A stretch of 64,000 bases of DNA from contig NC_134035.1 of NCBI RefSeq assembly GCF_964204645.1, forward strand, positions 2,232,001 to 2,296,000, written 5' to 3'. Under the pieces are notes generated by a model that saw nothing but the letters and a program-made list of their open reading frames with translations, was not told the DNA's origin and did no database searches. A program made the translations under genes and the position numbers. The DNA comes from Tubulanus polymorphus (lineage: Eukaryota; Animalia; Nemertea). Shown piece by piece: positions 34,501 through 46,500 of this stretch (positions within the stretch are counted from its first letter, which is position 1; each line of letters starts with the position of its first letter).

Positions 34501-37500
34501 ACAATGTTTGTGATAGGTGCTGCCATCTTTCAACAGAGATCAAAACTAATTACTAATGACATCAATACACCGCAGTGCGATGTATTAGCAAATCCCATCA
34601 CTGATTTATGCACCTTATTGCGTTGTAAATACATTGAAAGGGTTAATGCGCCTGCGTTTGTCATTTTTATCGGGGTTTAAACTGAAAAGATTCGTCTGCT
34701 GGTGTCACCGGAGTGCAACCAATGCTCGAATTAATAACACTAGATACAATAATAAATCATGTCTATGAATACACAATATAAGCTCCTTAGAGTTGTGTCG
34801 TATAAACTATAATATCGTCGATTCATTAACTGTGTCTCTCTTTGGCATTTGTTGTGTTCAATATGTATTTTACGTTTCGTATTATCTATATTCTTCCGGG
34901 GCCCACAGTTGCACCGTCGTAACTCAAGTCCTGCCGTATTATCTGAAGTCTGAAGATTGGTCTTGAGTTGTAGGTCGACTATTATGGAACCAAGATGGTT
35001 TCGAAGCTCGATGTATGCAATTCTAAAGAGTATCTTCTCAAGATACGAGATCCTTCATCGTCAGTATTCCGCCACATTTTGATTTATTTGATTTGATTTT
35101 GATTTATGTTTGATTTATCTTTGATTTATGTTTGGAAGGAATCGAATTAAAACATTTTTGATGGTGAAATCAGAAATTTCTTGTATTTCGTTCGGGATTT
35201 TCAAGTTTTAGTATCCGAAAGAAAAAGTCCTGGACCTAATGGATACCAGGATACTGCAAAAACTGAGCCACAGGGTTCGGACGGGTCTTATATCTAAGCT
35301 GTGGTTGAGATGATGTCAAATTCAATAGCTTTACTAAATAGGATTGGTGACTCTAATGATGTAGAGTAAGAGCCGGAGTCGATCTCGTGATTATATTACC
35401 GCAAGTCGAGGTACTTCTTTAAGATTGCGGTTTAGCTCATATATACACGCAGTAATAGACTGTAAACTGTGTCTCGTCGTGTCGGTAAAAACCAATCGTA
35501 TTCATGTCACACGGAATCATTCTCCAACTAATGACGATGATGTGGAGAGCGTTTATAATGGAATTCAATTGGATAAGTAGTTCTCCCTCTCTATCCCTCT
35601 TTCTCTCCCTCTCTTCTCTCTCCCTCTCTTCTCTCTCCCTCTCCTCTCTTTCCCTGTCTCTCTCCCTCTCCTCTCTCTCCCTTTCCCTCTCCCCCTCTCC
35701 CTCTACCTCTCTCTCCCTTTTTCTCCCCCTCTCCCTCTACCTCTCTCTCCCTTTCCCTCTCCCTTTCTTTCCCTCTCTCTCCCTCTCCTCTCTTTCCCTG
35801 TCTCTCTCCCTCTCCTCTCTCTCCCTCTCCCTTTCTCTCCCTCTCTCCCTCTCTCCCTCTCTCCCTCTCTCCCTTTCTCTCCCTCTCCCCCTCTCACTCT
35901 ACCTCTCTCTCCCTCTCCCTCCTCTATCTACTGTGAATTCTTTTTAGAGTCGGATGTTACTACATCAATACAAAAATGTTTTCAGCCCTCCGCATGCACT
36001 TGGCAGTTTTGTGTGGAAAATAGAAAGAATTTTTGTTTATCACCATCAAGTCGTCTGTAGACTAGACTATTTTTGTAGCCAAATCGTAGGCCGCAGGTGG
36101 CGCTCCACGACAAATCGCCAATCGGCATTGTGAATGTGATAATAGGGGCTAGAATCATGAGAAAGCTCGAACTCCAGAAACCAGAACCTCGGTTATGTTG
36201 ACTCAAATTCATGACCACATTGCCAGTTGTTCATGAATCGGCATAGACTTTAAAAAAATAATCTTATATAAGTAAAAAGCTGTCACCCGAATAGCTTTTT
36301 GCGCGGCAGTCAACCGGAGAACTCGGTCTGCTTAAAACGTAATAACAATATCCAGGGTCTGTTAAATACACCGAGGGAGAGAGAAGTGCACGTCAATTAT
36401 TACAGGCATCTCGTTGTTTATTCATCATTATAGAGTCCCCTCCAGCTCCCCTCTCGGTCCCGCCTCCCTGCCACCCCAACTGATGAATGTTTGATTTTAT
36501 CATCAGCTGTCGAGCATTCTAAATCTGCAATATGGTGAAAAATATTTTGTTGTTCAAATTAAGGCAGCGTTTTATGACAAATGATCTTTTCGTATCATAT
36601 TTATTCTCGGTAAAAAAATCCTGGCTGTATTCAAGGTTGGCGTTATAATGGATTGGACTGTTTCATTGGTTCTAGGATTGTTTCATGTTTCCGTGTTTCG
36701 ATAGGGAGCTATTGTCTGTGTCGAGAAACCATGTTTCCGTGTTTCGATAGGGAACTACTGTCTGTGTCCAGAAAGCATGTTTCAGTGTTTCGATAGGGAA
36801 CTATTGTCCGCGTGTCCAGAAAACAGATGTTTCAGTGTTTCGATGGGGAGCTATTGTCTGTGTCCAGAAACCATGTTTTGATAGGGAACTATTGTCCGGG
36901 TGTCCAGAAAACATATGTTTCTGTGTTTCAATAGGGAGCTTTTGTCTGCCAGAAACCGTGTTTCTGTGTTTCAATAGGGAACTATTGTCTGCGTCCAGAA
37001 ACCATGTTTCGATACGTCGGTTATGACCGTTGGTTTCGATCAAGTCGTGACGAAGCGGTTAAATCAAAGACGGTCATTCGCGTGACGTTCGAGGCATTCG
37101 ACGCTCGCTAATTATAATCGGTTTTCACACCGGTGGTGATGATGATGATGATGATGATGAAGACAGCACACACTACATGTCGATTCATTCTCGTTGAATA
37201 CTCCTAATTCATGCGTCTTATGTCGAAGAGCTCCTGAGAATTATATCACTGGAAATGTCAAGGGTTTCGCTTTGTATACGCTGTTGATGTCTTCATTATA
37301 AGTACACTCGATTGAATTACCGCCGTGCGGAGTGTTCATAAGATTGCCGATGTTTCCTATAACCCCGCGATCCGTTCACGACTTTTAAAAATTCGACCAC
37401 GCTAAGCAAACATGGCGAAATTTAATTCGGACCCAAATCGTGCCGGGTCATAATGTTTTCAACAAGAAAAAATTTAGGGTCTTCAGCAAGAAAATTTAGG

Positions 37501-40500
37501 GTACTTTGGACTGGTGAAAAAAAGGGAATTTGCTGCATGAAAATGCAAAAAAAGGCGTTAAGCCAATAAGGGATTCTGCCTCAGGAAATTTAGCAATTTT
37601 TCGGACTATTTCCCATGGCACTGAGAGACTTATAGAGAGTAACAGTTGGTGAAATGTGCCGTCAAAAGATGGTCAGCGAAATTTGGGATTCTAGACTGTA
37701 TTTGGGTCATACGGCTAATACATACAGGCCGGACACTGATATTCACTACGAATGACCCAGCGTTTCGTTGCGCCATCTGGTGGTGCCGATATCCCGTCGA
37801 GCGCAATCTGATAGCTTCCTCCTACGCAACGTTCAGTCATTTTGCGTATTATACCGCTCGGGATTAGCTCATTTCGAGATTATATATTTCTGTGTTCTGG
37901 TTTTATTGGTTTCGTTGTGGCGTGTTTACGTATTTATGAGCTTTATTACGTCTGGCTAATGTTGGCTGCTGGATGCAGAAAAAAACGGGCATCTATAACC
38001 ATCGGTGAAACACTAAATGTCGTAAAACGATAAATAGAAAATCCCGCACTAGATAAAGTTCGAAAAGTTTCCTTAACCCTTTCGGTGCCAGTACACCGCA
38101 GTGCAGGGTATATAAATCAGTGATAGATTTTGCCAGTACACCGCACTGCGGTGTATTTGTGATATTAGTAATTAGTAATTATCTCTCTTGAAAAATGGCA
38201 GCAACTTCAAACATAGTGAAATATTAGTAATTAACGATACACCGCACCGCGGTGTAGACGCATTATAGTGATATTCCTGTTATTCAACACACTAGGATGG
38301 AATTTTTTAAAATTTTCAAATTATCTCCAGCACTATAGGGTATAAATTAGTCAGCACTGAAAGGGTTCAAGCTAATGATTTATTACAAAAATTGTTTTAA
38401 CTATAACCTAATAGCCATCATCTAGAATACTGAGTGAAACAAAATATGAGATATGCCAAGGATCAAATCAAAAGCGGATCGCCCCACTATTTTAAGATAA
38501 CGTTTTCACAACCCGGCTTGAGAAAGTTACAATTATATGACAAGCTATTGCAGGTTATTTTCTTCTAGTTAGTCGAGACGCTTCGAAAATGATAAATTTT
38601 TTTCGGAATTTTCTCGGGCTGGACCCGTGACCTCAATAAAACTTAACCTACGTCTTACTGCGGATCAGTAATTACCGGTTAATATTTGGGACGTTGTCTT
38701 AATATTTCGATGAAACAATGCTGAAAATATTGTGGTGGAAGCGTGCCTGATGGTTAAGTTTGTTATGGTTGACTTGGCGCTATGAAATACCTGCAGCGCG
38801 TACCCTATGCAGGTATTTCGTCTGTGGAATAAATGATGCATCAATGATTGTATATTCCGGGGCGTAATAGAATAAATGGCAGTCAGGCTGTTACAGCGGT
38901 ACGGCCGGGTTCATAACGATGTGGTTTCCGGTGAGCGCTCGCGCCGGAGTCTAATTTCAAGACGATATATCGGGAAAAATAGTATGTCCAAGGGCGGATT
39001 TAAGGTTTGGTCTCGGGTCCAGACGCCTGCCTTCGCATTGAGGTGGCCCTTTACGTCAAAACAGATCGTTAGAATTTGTTAATTTGACATTCATCCTTTC
39101 GGAATCTGAACACTAAAGATGGTACTTGGCTAGTAGCCTGAGGATTGGACTCCTCCCATAGTCTATGAAAGTGCCATTTATTTTCTTAAGGCCTCAGCCT
39201 ACCAGTTGTTCAGGATCCGCCCCTTATGTTGGAGCAACTCCCAGACCAATTTCATTAGCCGCGTTCATGCTACCACTATTAGTTAAACAATGCTTAATTG
39301 GTCCGTGCTACCTGCAATGTACCAAATGTAGAAAGGACCAATTCAAAGTGCTCATCGTTCACACATTCGTTGTTGAATTTGCTACAGATAGTAGTTAATG
39401 CTCGGTGAAAAGCGGTCTTTTAGGTAGGTCCAAATTTGTCCCTTCCAAAAAATCAAACGACCTAATTTGGAACGAACTTTTCGCTAGCATGTGAGGTCCG
39501 TTCAAAATTCGAACAGGCCAAATAGATGTGAAAGTTTCAGCGTAAAGTAAAAAGTAAAACTGGAGTGGTAGTTCTGGAGGATATCGACCAGCGGAATCTA
39601 TTATCACCAGAGTGTTGGAGTAGATGATGCAGTGATACAGTTTGAGTATAACTGGAGTAGTAATTCTGGAGGATGTCGAATCAACGCTCTATTATCACCA
39701 GGGTGTTGGTCACACAGTGATGGACCGTCAGCTGCTGGAGGATATCGAATCAATGCTCTATTATCACCAGGGTGTTGGAGTATATCACACAGTGATAGAC
39801 AGTCAGCTGCTGGAGGATATCGAATCAACGCTCTATTATCACCAGGGTGTTGGAGTATATCACACAGTGATAGACAGTCAGCTGCTGGAGGATATCGAAT
39901 CAACGCTCTATTATCACCAGGGTGTTGGAGTATATCACACAGTGATAGACAGTCAGCTGCTGGAGGATATCGAATCAACGCTCTATTATCACCAGGGTGT
40001 TGGAGTATATCACACAGTGATAGACAGTCAGCTGCTGGAGGATATCGAATCAATGCTCTATTATCACCAGGGTGTTGGAGTATATCACACAGTGATAGAC
40101 AGTCAGCTGCTGGAGGATATCGAATCAACGCTCTATTATCACCAGGGTGTTGGAGTAGACAGTCAGCTGCTGGAGGATGTCGAATCAATGCTCTATTATC
40201 ACCAGGGTGTTGGAGTAGACAGTCAGCTGCTGGAACGATTCTCTGAAATAATAACCTTTAGTTGTTGTTCTAGTCGTTTTCATGAGTCATTAGTAATCGA
40301 AATAAATCGATTTTTTTCCGTAAAGCCTTCAGGATGTGGGTATCTTTGTGAAAACGTGCGCTCAACCAGGAATATCCATGATAGAAGATGATGACTTTGA
40401 TACAAGTCTGATTGAGTCTAAACGTCACTACTCTCTTGGTTTTGAATATGTCTTGTAGAAAGTTGAGTCTAAACGTCACTACTCTCTTGGTTTTGAATAT

Positions 40501-43500
40501 GTCTTGTAGAAAGTTGAGTCTAAACGTCACTACTCTCTTGGTTCTGAAAATGTCTCATAGAATTGAGTCTAAACGTCACTACTCGCTTAGTTATTTTTCA
40601 TAATCATATTTGTTTTTTTATTCAATGTCTCGACGTGTCTGGCGCAGACAGTTTATATTTTACCCCCGTGTGGAAGCGTCAGTGCGTCGCGCCGTCTGAA
40701 AGACAGCGGTTGGATGGAAGATTTGTTATCCGTTAGTCGTAGCGATACTTGTCGGGAGTTATCGCGGTTGCTGCAGGGTCCTGTACTCTTAGTCTGACGT
40801 CCGATATATGACTATGACACATGAGAATAGTTCTTTCCGTAAGATCTTTAGGGCGAGTATAAGAATAATTGAATAGTTACTCCTCCTTGCCTTGACCGCG
40901 ATAAAGATGCCTTCTCTACTTAATCGCGTAAGTGTGCGACGAGCCTGTCCCCCCGGGAGAATGTCACCGTTTACCAGGTCGTATTTAAAAGCGCTCATGG
41001 CGCGAAGGGTCGAATTGATCAGGGAGGTAGGAGTGTCACAGGGGTTGTGGTGTTTAAGAAACCTCAACCAGCTGAAGAAACCTCATGACACTCGTGACGG
41101 GATTGTATTCAACTGATGCAGTCTTTTTACCCTATAGCGAGGAGGGGCAAAAAACATATTGAACCGCACTAATGACCTTAGAATTATGTTCTCAAACGAA
41201 AACCGGAATGAAAAATGATTTAGAAAAGTTTTTCTTAATGGTTAAAGCACATGTAGGGAGTCGACGTATTAAACGTGTAGAAGTAGATAAGGTACAAGAT
41301 ACCCAGATATATTCATCAGACTGAAAATAAGGCACATGAGATACCTGTCCCCTCTCCCCTCTCTTCTCTACTCTTTCTCCTCTCTCTCCTTTCACCTCTC
41401 TCTTATCTATACTCTCTCCCCCTCTTTCCTCTCTCCCCTCTCTTTCTCCTCTCTCCTCACTCCCCTCTCACCTCTCCCTCCCCTCTTCTCTCTCCCCTCT
41501 CATCTCTTCTCTCTACTCTCTCCTCTCTTTCCCCTATCCCCTCTTATCTCTCTCCTCTATCTTCTCTCTCTTCTCTCACCTCTCTCTTATCTGTACTCTC
41601 TCTTCTCTACTCTCCCCTCTCCTCTCTCCCCCTCTCTTCTCTCTAATGTATTTATGTAACCGATTGCGCCACGCGGTGTATCCGATCCAATAATCATGAG
41701 TTGGCACGGTACCGGGTGTACGCCGCTCTGATCTGTCACCTCGGTCAGAGTGCGTGCTCAATTTATGGCGTCGTTCAAATGGATTAAGACGTCGTTTTAT
41801 GGCGAATAGTTTTGTCGCAATAAACGAACGGCAAACACACATCGCGAGCCGTTCTGATAAATCGATGTCTGTTCATGATGAGCTTCCTCCTCTGATTCTT
41901 TCTCTCTCTCTCTGTCTCTCTGTCTCTCTCCTTCGCCAGTTTATAACGGGTGCAATGTTCAATCAGATTCATCTCGTTCATCATTACCCGCACCGATCAA
42001 ACCAGCGCTTTTGGTTCCTGCTAATCAGACGCGGACCATTTGGCACCAGTGTGAACCGTTGGCCCTGATGCCCCAATATCGCTTGTGTGGTCGTTGCTTA
42101 TGGCGAGTACGACTAAAATCGTCAGACCAGGCGCGAGCCAAACTTAAGCGCTGGTCAAATAAATGCGTGTGATTTACAACTGTTTCCGGAAATGACTCAC
42201 TTAGCTTTGTTTAAGCATTGTTTAGTATAATGTTCAAATTTTCTGTGTAACGAGGCACGGCCCGAATTTGACTCTCGCCAAATCATCTCTGCGCTATAAT
42301 TCTTTTGAGTCGCTTGATAATTATCGGGTTCTTATGGGTTTTGGAAAATGGAATTTTTTTTCCAGGACCTTGAAATAGGTGTGGCAATTTTGTTTTTTTT
42401 TGTATGGAAAATCAGAAAATGGTCTCAAAGTAAAATTTTCTCCTTTAAAACTCCTTATATCCAAGAATGACTGATCCCTTTAAAATAAATCAGTACCCAA
42501 AGTAATTAATAAAGGCTTTTTATGATACATTTACGCTCATTGCATCCGAGTCATAAAGGCATAAGTTCATCGTTTTTGAGTCACGTAATGTTAATTGTTT
42601 TTTTCCACCGGTGCAAATTAAACGCACTTGAAATTTTATAATGCGCGTTAATGAAGATACACGAGGCGATGGTAGCAGTTCGCAATCTATAACCGGGGGG
42701 GGGGGGGGTAGGGGGAGGGGGGATATCCCGGATAATAAACCACACTCAGCACGCAATTTACCAGCTATAAAATGACTGTACAAATATATGTTCAATCGCT
42801 CCCCGCTGCTGCTGATGCTGCTGCTGCCGCCGCTGCTGCTGATGCTGCTGGTACTGTTGGATTTTAATGAAGGTTTTTAGAGAATCGTTTTAGGATGAAA
42901 TTTGAATAAACCGTAGCCTCGTCGTGATCTGCCGTGCGTCTCGTGTCATTCGCTCGCTCGAGATTGTGAGGAATAGTCGATCGATGAACGACGCCGAGTT
43001 CCCGAGAGAAAGGTCACCGAGATGGAAAATTCATCGCGGCAACTGGATCGCCTAACGATGCAGCGCCTGCCCGACTCAACTGTGACACCTGCTTTCCCAC
43101 CAGGTGGCGCAACGTTTTCTGAATTTACATCTCTATATACAAATACATAGTAAAACACCCCCGATATACCGCCATACTCTCTATACCCCCATACTCTCTA
43201 TACCGCCATACTCTCTATACCGCCATACTCTCTATACCGCCATACTCTCTATACCGCCATACTCTCTACAACGCCATACTCTCTATACCGCCATACTGTC
43301 TATACCTCCATACTCTCTATACCGCCATACTCTCTATACCGCCATACTGTCTATACCACCGAAATCATTCTGCACCGATGTGGGCAGTATCTCGGGGGGA
43401 TGGTGGGGTGACTAGTTTGTTTCTGGTTTAGGTCATCTGTTGGCTACTGATTTACCTAAAAACACTTGAGTTAATGTGGTAATGAAGAAGTGACTGGAAG

Positions 43501-46500
43501 CTTGTGGCTGGAAGCTTCCTCCGTTGCTGTTGCTGTTGCTGCTGCTACTGCGACACTTTATGATGAAATCTGAATAATTGATAGAGAAGCTCATTAGAAC
43601 TCGATATGAATGTTCTATTATGACTCTCTTTAGGGAACATTTACTTCGAACCCCGTCGTTGTGGGTTCTACCATGATATATCGGCGACAGAAAAAACTGA
43701 CCTATTTCCGAACGATCGAGATTCAGTTTGCGGGTTTATAAATCCGCGTTTTCGATACGGTATTTTCAAAGGCTGCTTCGTCGCGTACGGCTTCATTAGA
43801 AGTTTCGTGTTACCGATGAAATTATGTTATTTGATTCGAAAAGTTTGTTATATGAAATCGCTCGATAAGTAAAATTACTCGGCCTCGTGATTACACGGAA
43901 ACGATTTCGCTCGGATCGAACTGGCCCAGACCGGACACGTTTCAAATGTGGCCCATGTCTATTAATAGATCAGTCCGTGTTCGTTTGGGCCGACCAAAAA
44001 CGTCTGACCAGACCCGAGCACGGGTTAGATAATTGCGTTCGAATTGCAACTGGTTCGGGAAGAGACTTCGCTTTGTTTTAGTAATGTTGAGTATCGAGTG
44101 AGTGTGAACGCGCTCTCACGAGCCAGATTAAACTCGAACCTGATCGGGACTAATTAGACGCGTGCGTAATCGCGGCTATAGGTTCGATTCTAGTCGAGCT
44201 GTAGTTCTCGCCGCGGTTATCGGTTATTAGCCATCGCCGACGTTTTATTTCCGACGGGGTAAATGTCACCCGTTTAAATGTCACCGATACGAAGAGAAGC
44301 TCCGGAGATCGTAGGACGTCATCGCTTTAAATAGAATCGAGTTTAATTACGCCGTCTGTCAACTGCATGTATCAACATATATCAGAAGTCAATAGACTGT
44401 CAAATTACGCTGTAAGTGTTTGCGTCTATAAATGGTCTATTTTTACGAGAGAGAGAGCGCGAGAGAGTGAGAGTATAATCGGTAAAGTCTCTCTAGGCTG
44501 TTATTGTTGCGTCTTATTTCCATGGTGATTACACGCGTCGTCGATTGTCTCCGCGCCAATACCAGATGCGTCGTCGGCCATATTTAATTATCGTTTGACG
44601 TTCGTCGTCGACGGTGACGCGGTTCTTAATACTAGAGTATAGTCGTTCACCTCCCCGGGAGTTCTCCGCTTCAAACCCTCTTAATCTCCCTCCACCCTCT
44701 CCTCTTCAAACTCACCCTCTTAATCTCCCTCCGCCCTCTCCTCTTCAAACTCACCCTCTGAATCTCCCTAAAACCTCTCATCTCTCCTTCCAACATACCC
44801 TGCCGCTTTCTCTCTCCCCCTCTCTCCCCTCAGTTCTCTTCAAACTCACCCTCTTAATCTCCATCCTCTCCTCTCCCCTTCAAACTCACCCTCTCAATCT
44901 CCCTCCATCCTCTCCTCTCTCCAACATACCCCAGCCTCTTCCATGATACCCTCTCCCCTCCCTCTCTCCCCCTTCACAATCTCTCCTTCCCCCTACCTCT
45001 CTTTTGTCTCCCTCAACCCATCTTTCTACAAAATCATCTTTGAAATTCCGATATTCGAAGAACCTTCACTTAATCAGCTTTTGACATTCGCCGCTCTATG
45101 TGTCTATGAGTCTATGATTGTGGCTACTTTGTGGATTGCGGCTCGTGTTGTTTAAGGCAGTTTACGTTCCGCGCTCAAATTTACCATAGAAGTGTAACCG
45201 AACATTTCTATAAATATACCAACATCATGTGATTACGGGGAATCGATTTCGATTTCGACGACCAGCTTCACAACACGAAGGACTCGATACGAGGATTCAT
45301 TATTTCTGTCGTCATCCGTAAGATCCAAGGTGACAACGGGAATGATGTCACGAATTGCCAGTCGTCGATAACCCAGATACACACGGCTACTGGCTGCTGC
45401 TCGATTACAACGCAACAGATCCTTTACATCATGCATAATATCATAGCAACTTCTAGTGTGTAATTCACGTGTCAGTTCTTTGATTATAAGCCAGTCAGGA
45501 ACTTTGACATTACGCCATATTTTCTCATGCATTTTAAGAAGCTGCTTCTTGCAATAATACGGTAAAAAAAACCACAATACGCGAAAAGTCCTTTATAATG
45601 TCACTGTTGGGACGTTATACACTATGGTATTGCCATTGAATTTGAGTTGGATTGAGCAAATTTGTTCTCTGAAAAATGCCGGCGTTACACGGAGCGATGA
45701 CTGTAGTCAAAACACTGAAATAAACTACTAGCTCAAAGAAACATTCCGGACTTGTTTCCCTTTTTGGTTTTTAATTTGGCTTTTATCGATATGAATTGTC
45801 GCTGTGAATCATCGTTTCAACGCGGACACAGTTTCTTATCAACATGTTTATCACGTTTCTTCAACCGCTCCGGTATTTCAGATTTCTTTTCGAATCGTTC
45901 GACCGACCGTAGCATCATCGCTCAGAGGGCGTTATTATTATTAGCACGTTTACGCGATTTCTTTATCTTCTCAGCTGAGATAAGACGAGGATTCCGGCGC
46001 CATCGGGGTTCGAATCCGTGAACCGTAGATCGACAGTCGTATTTCGCAATCGTCATAAGTCTGAAGTTATTGGTGTAAGCGCCTGTAGGGGCTTACTGTT
46101 CCGAATGACATTTTTCCACGATTCAAAACGAAAGTTATGCCTTGTACGTTATCTTTATGAAGCCAGAGTTATGAATCACTTCTATTTTTCACACTGTTCG
46201 ATTCAGTTAATTGAATAGGAAATATAAATTGTCACTGATAAATAGAGAATGCTTAACGATAAGTAATTGACAATGACTTAGTCGTCACAATTACTTATTA
46301 TTTACTCGTCTCTATTTCTTAGACACAATTAGTATTTCCAATTCAATTTAGTGAGTGTAAGTAATCATTTGGATGTTAGCAAGTTTGCCCACGACTGTAA
46401 GCGAGTTTGCCGGCAACTAAGCAAGTTTGCCCGTGACTTTAAGCAAGTTTGCCTGTGACTTTAAGTAAGTTTGCCTGCGACTGTAAGCTAGTTTGCCCGC

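Noticed and set aside
35504-35947. S/L/P-rich ORFs in CT tracts (also 41336-41659, 43104-43415, 44614-44946)
   Set aside because: Stop-free only because of low-complexity repeats.
38404-38412. TAACCCTAA as a telomerase RNA template
   Set aside because: Isolated 9-mer next to a MITE end, with no supporting structure.
40789-41116. ORFs in a compositionally distinct block of RP2 intron 1
   Set aside because: No recognisable domain, splice context or RNA-family motif.
41731-41740. ATCTGTCACC match to the vertebrate 7SK 5' stem
   Set aside because: Flanking GATC/GATC motif and 5' GGATG are missing. A 10-nt match is expected by chance.
42038-42092. TTTGGCAC seed resembling the miR-96/182/263 family
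   Set aside because: The paired arm is only about 11 nt and a 22-nt mature sequence would run through the loop.
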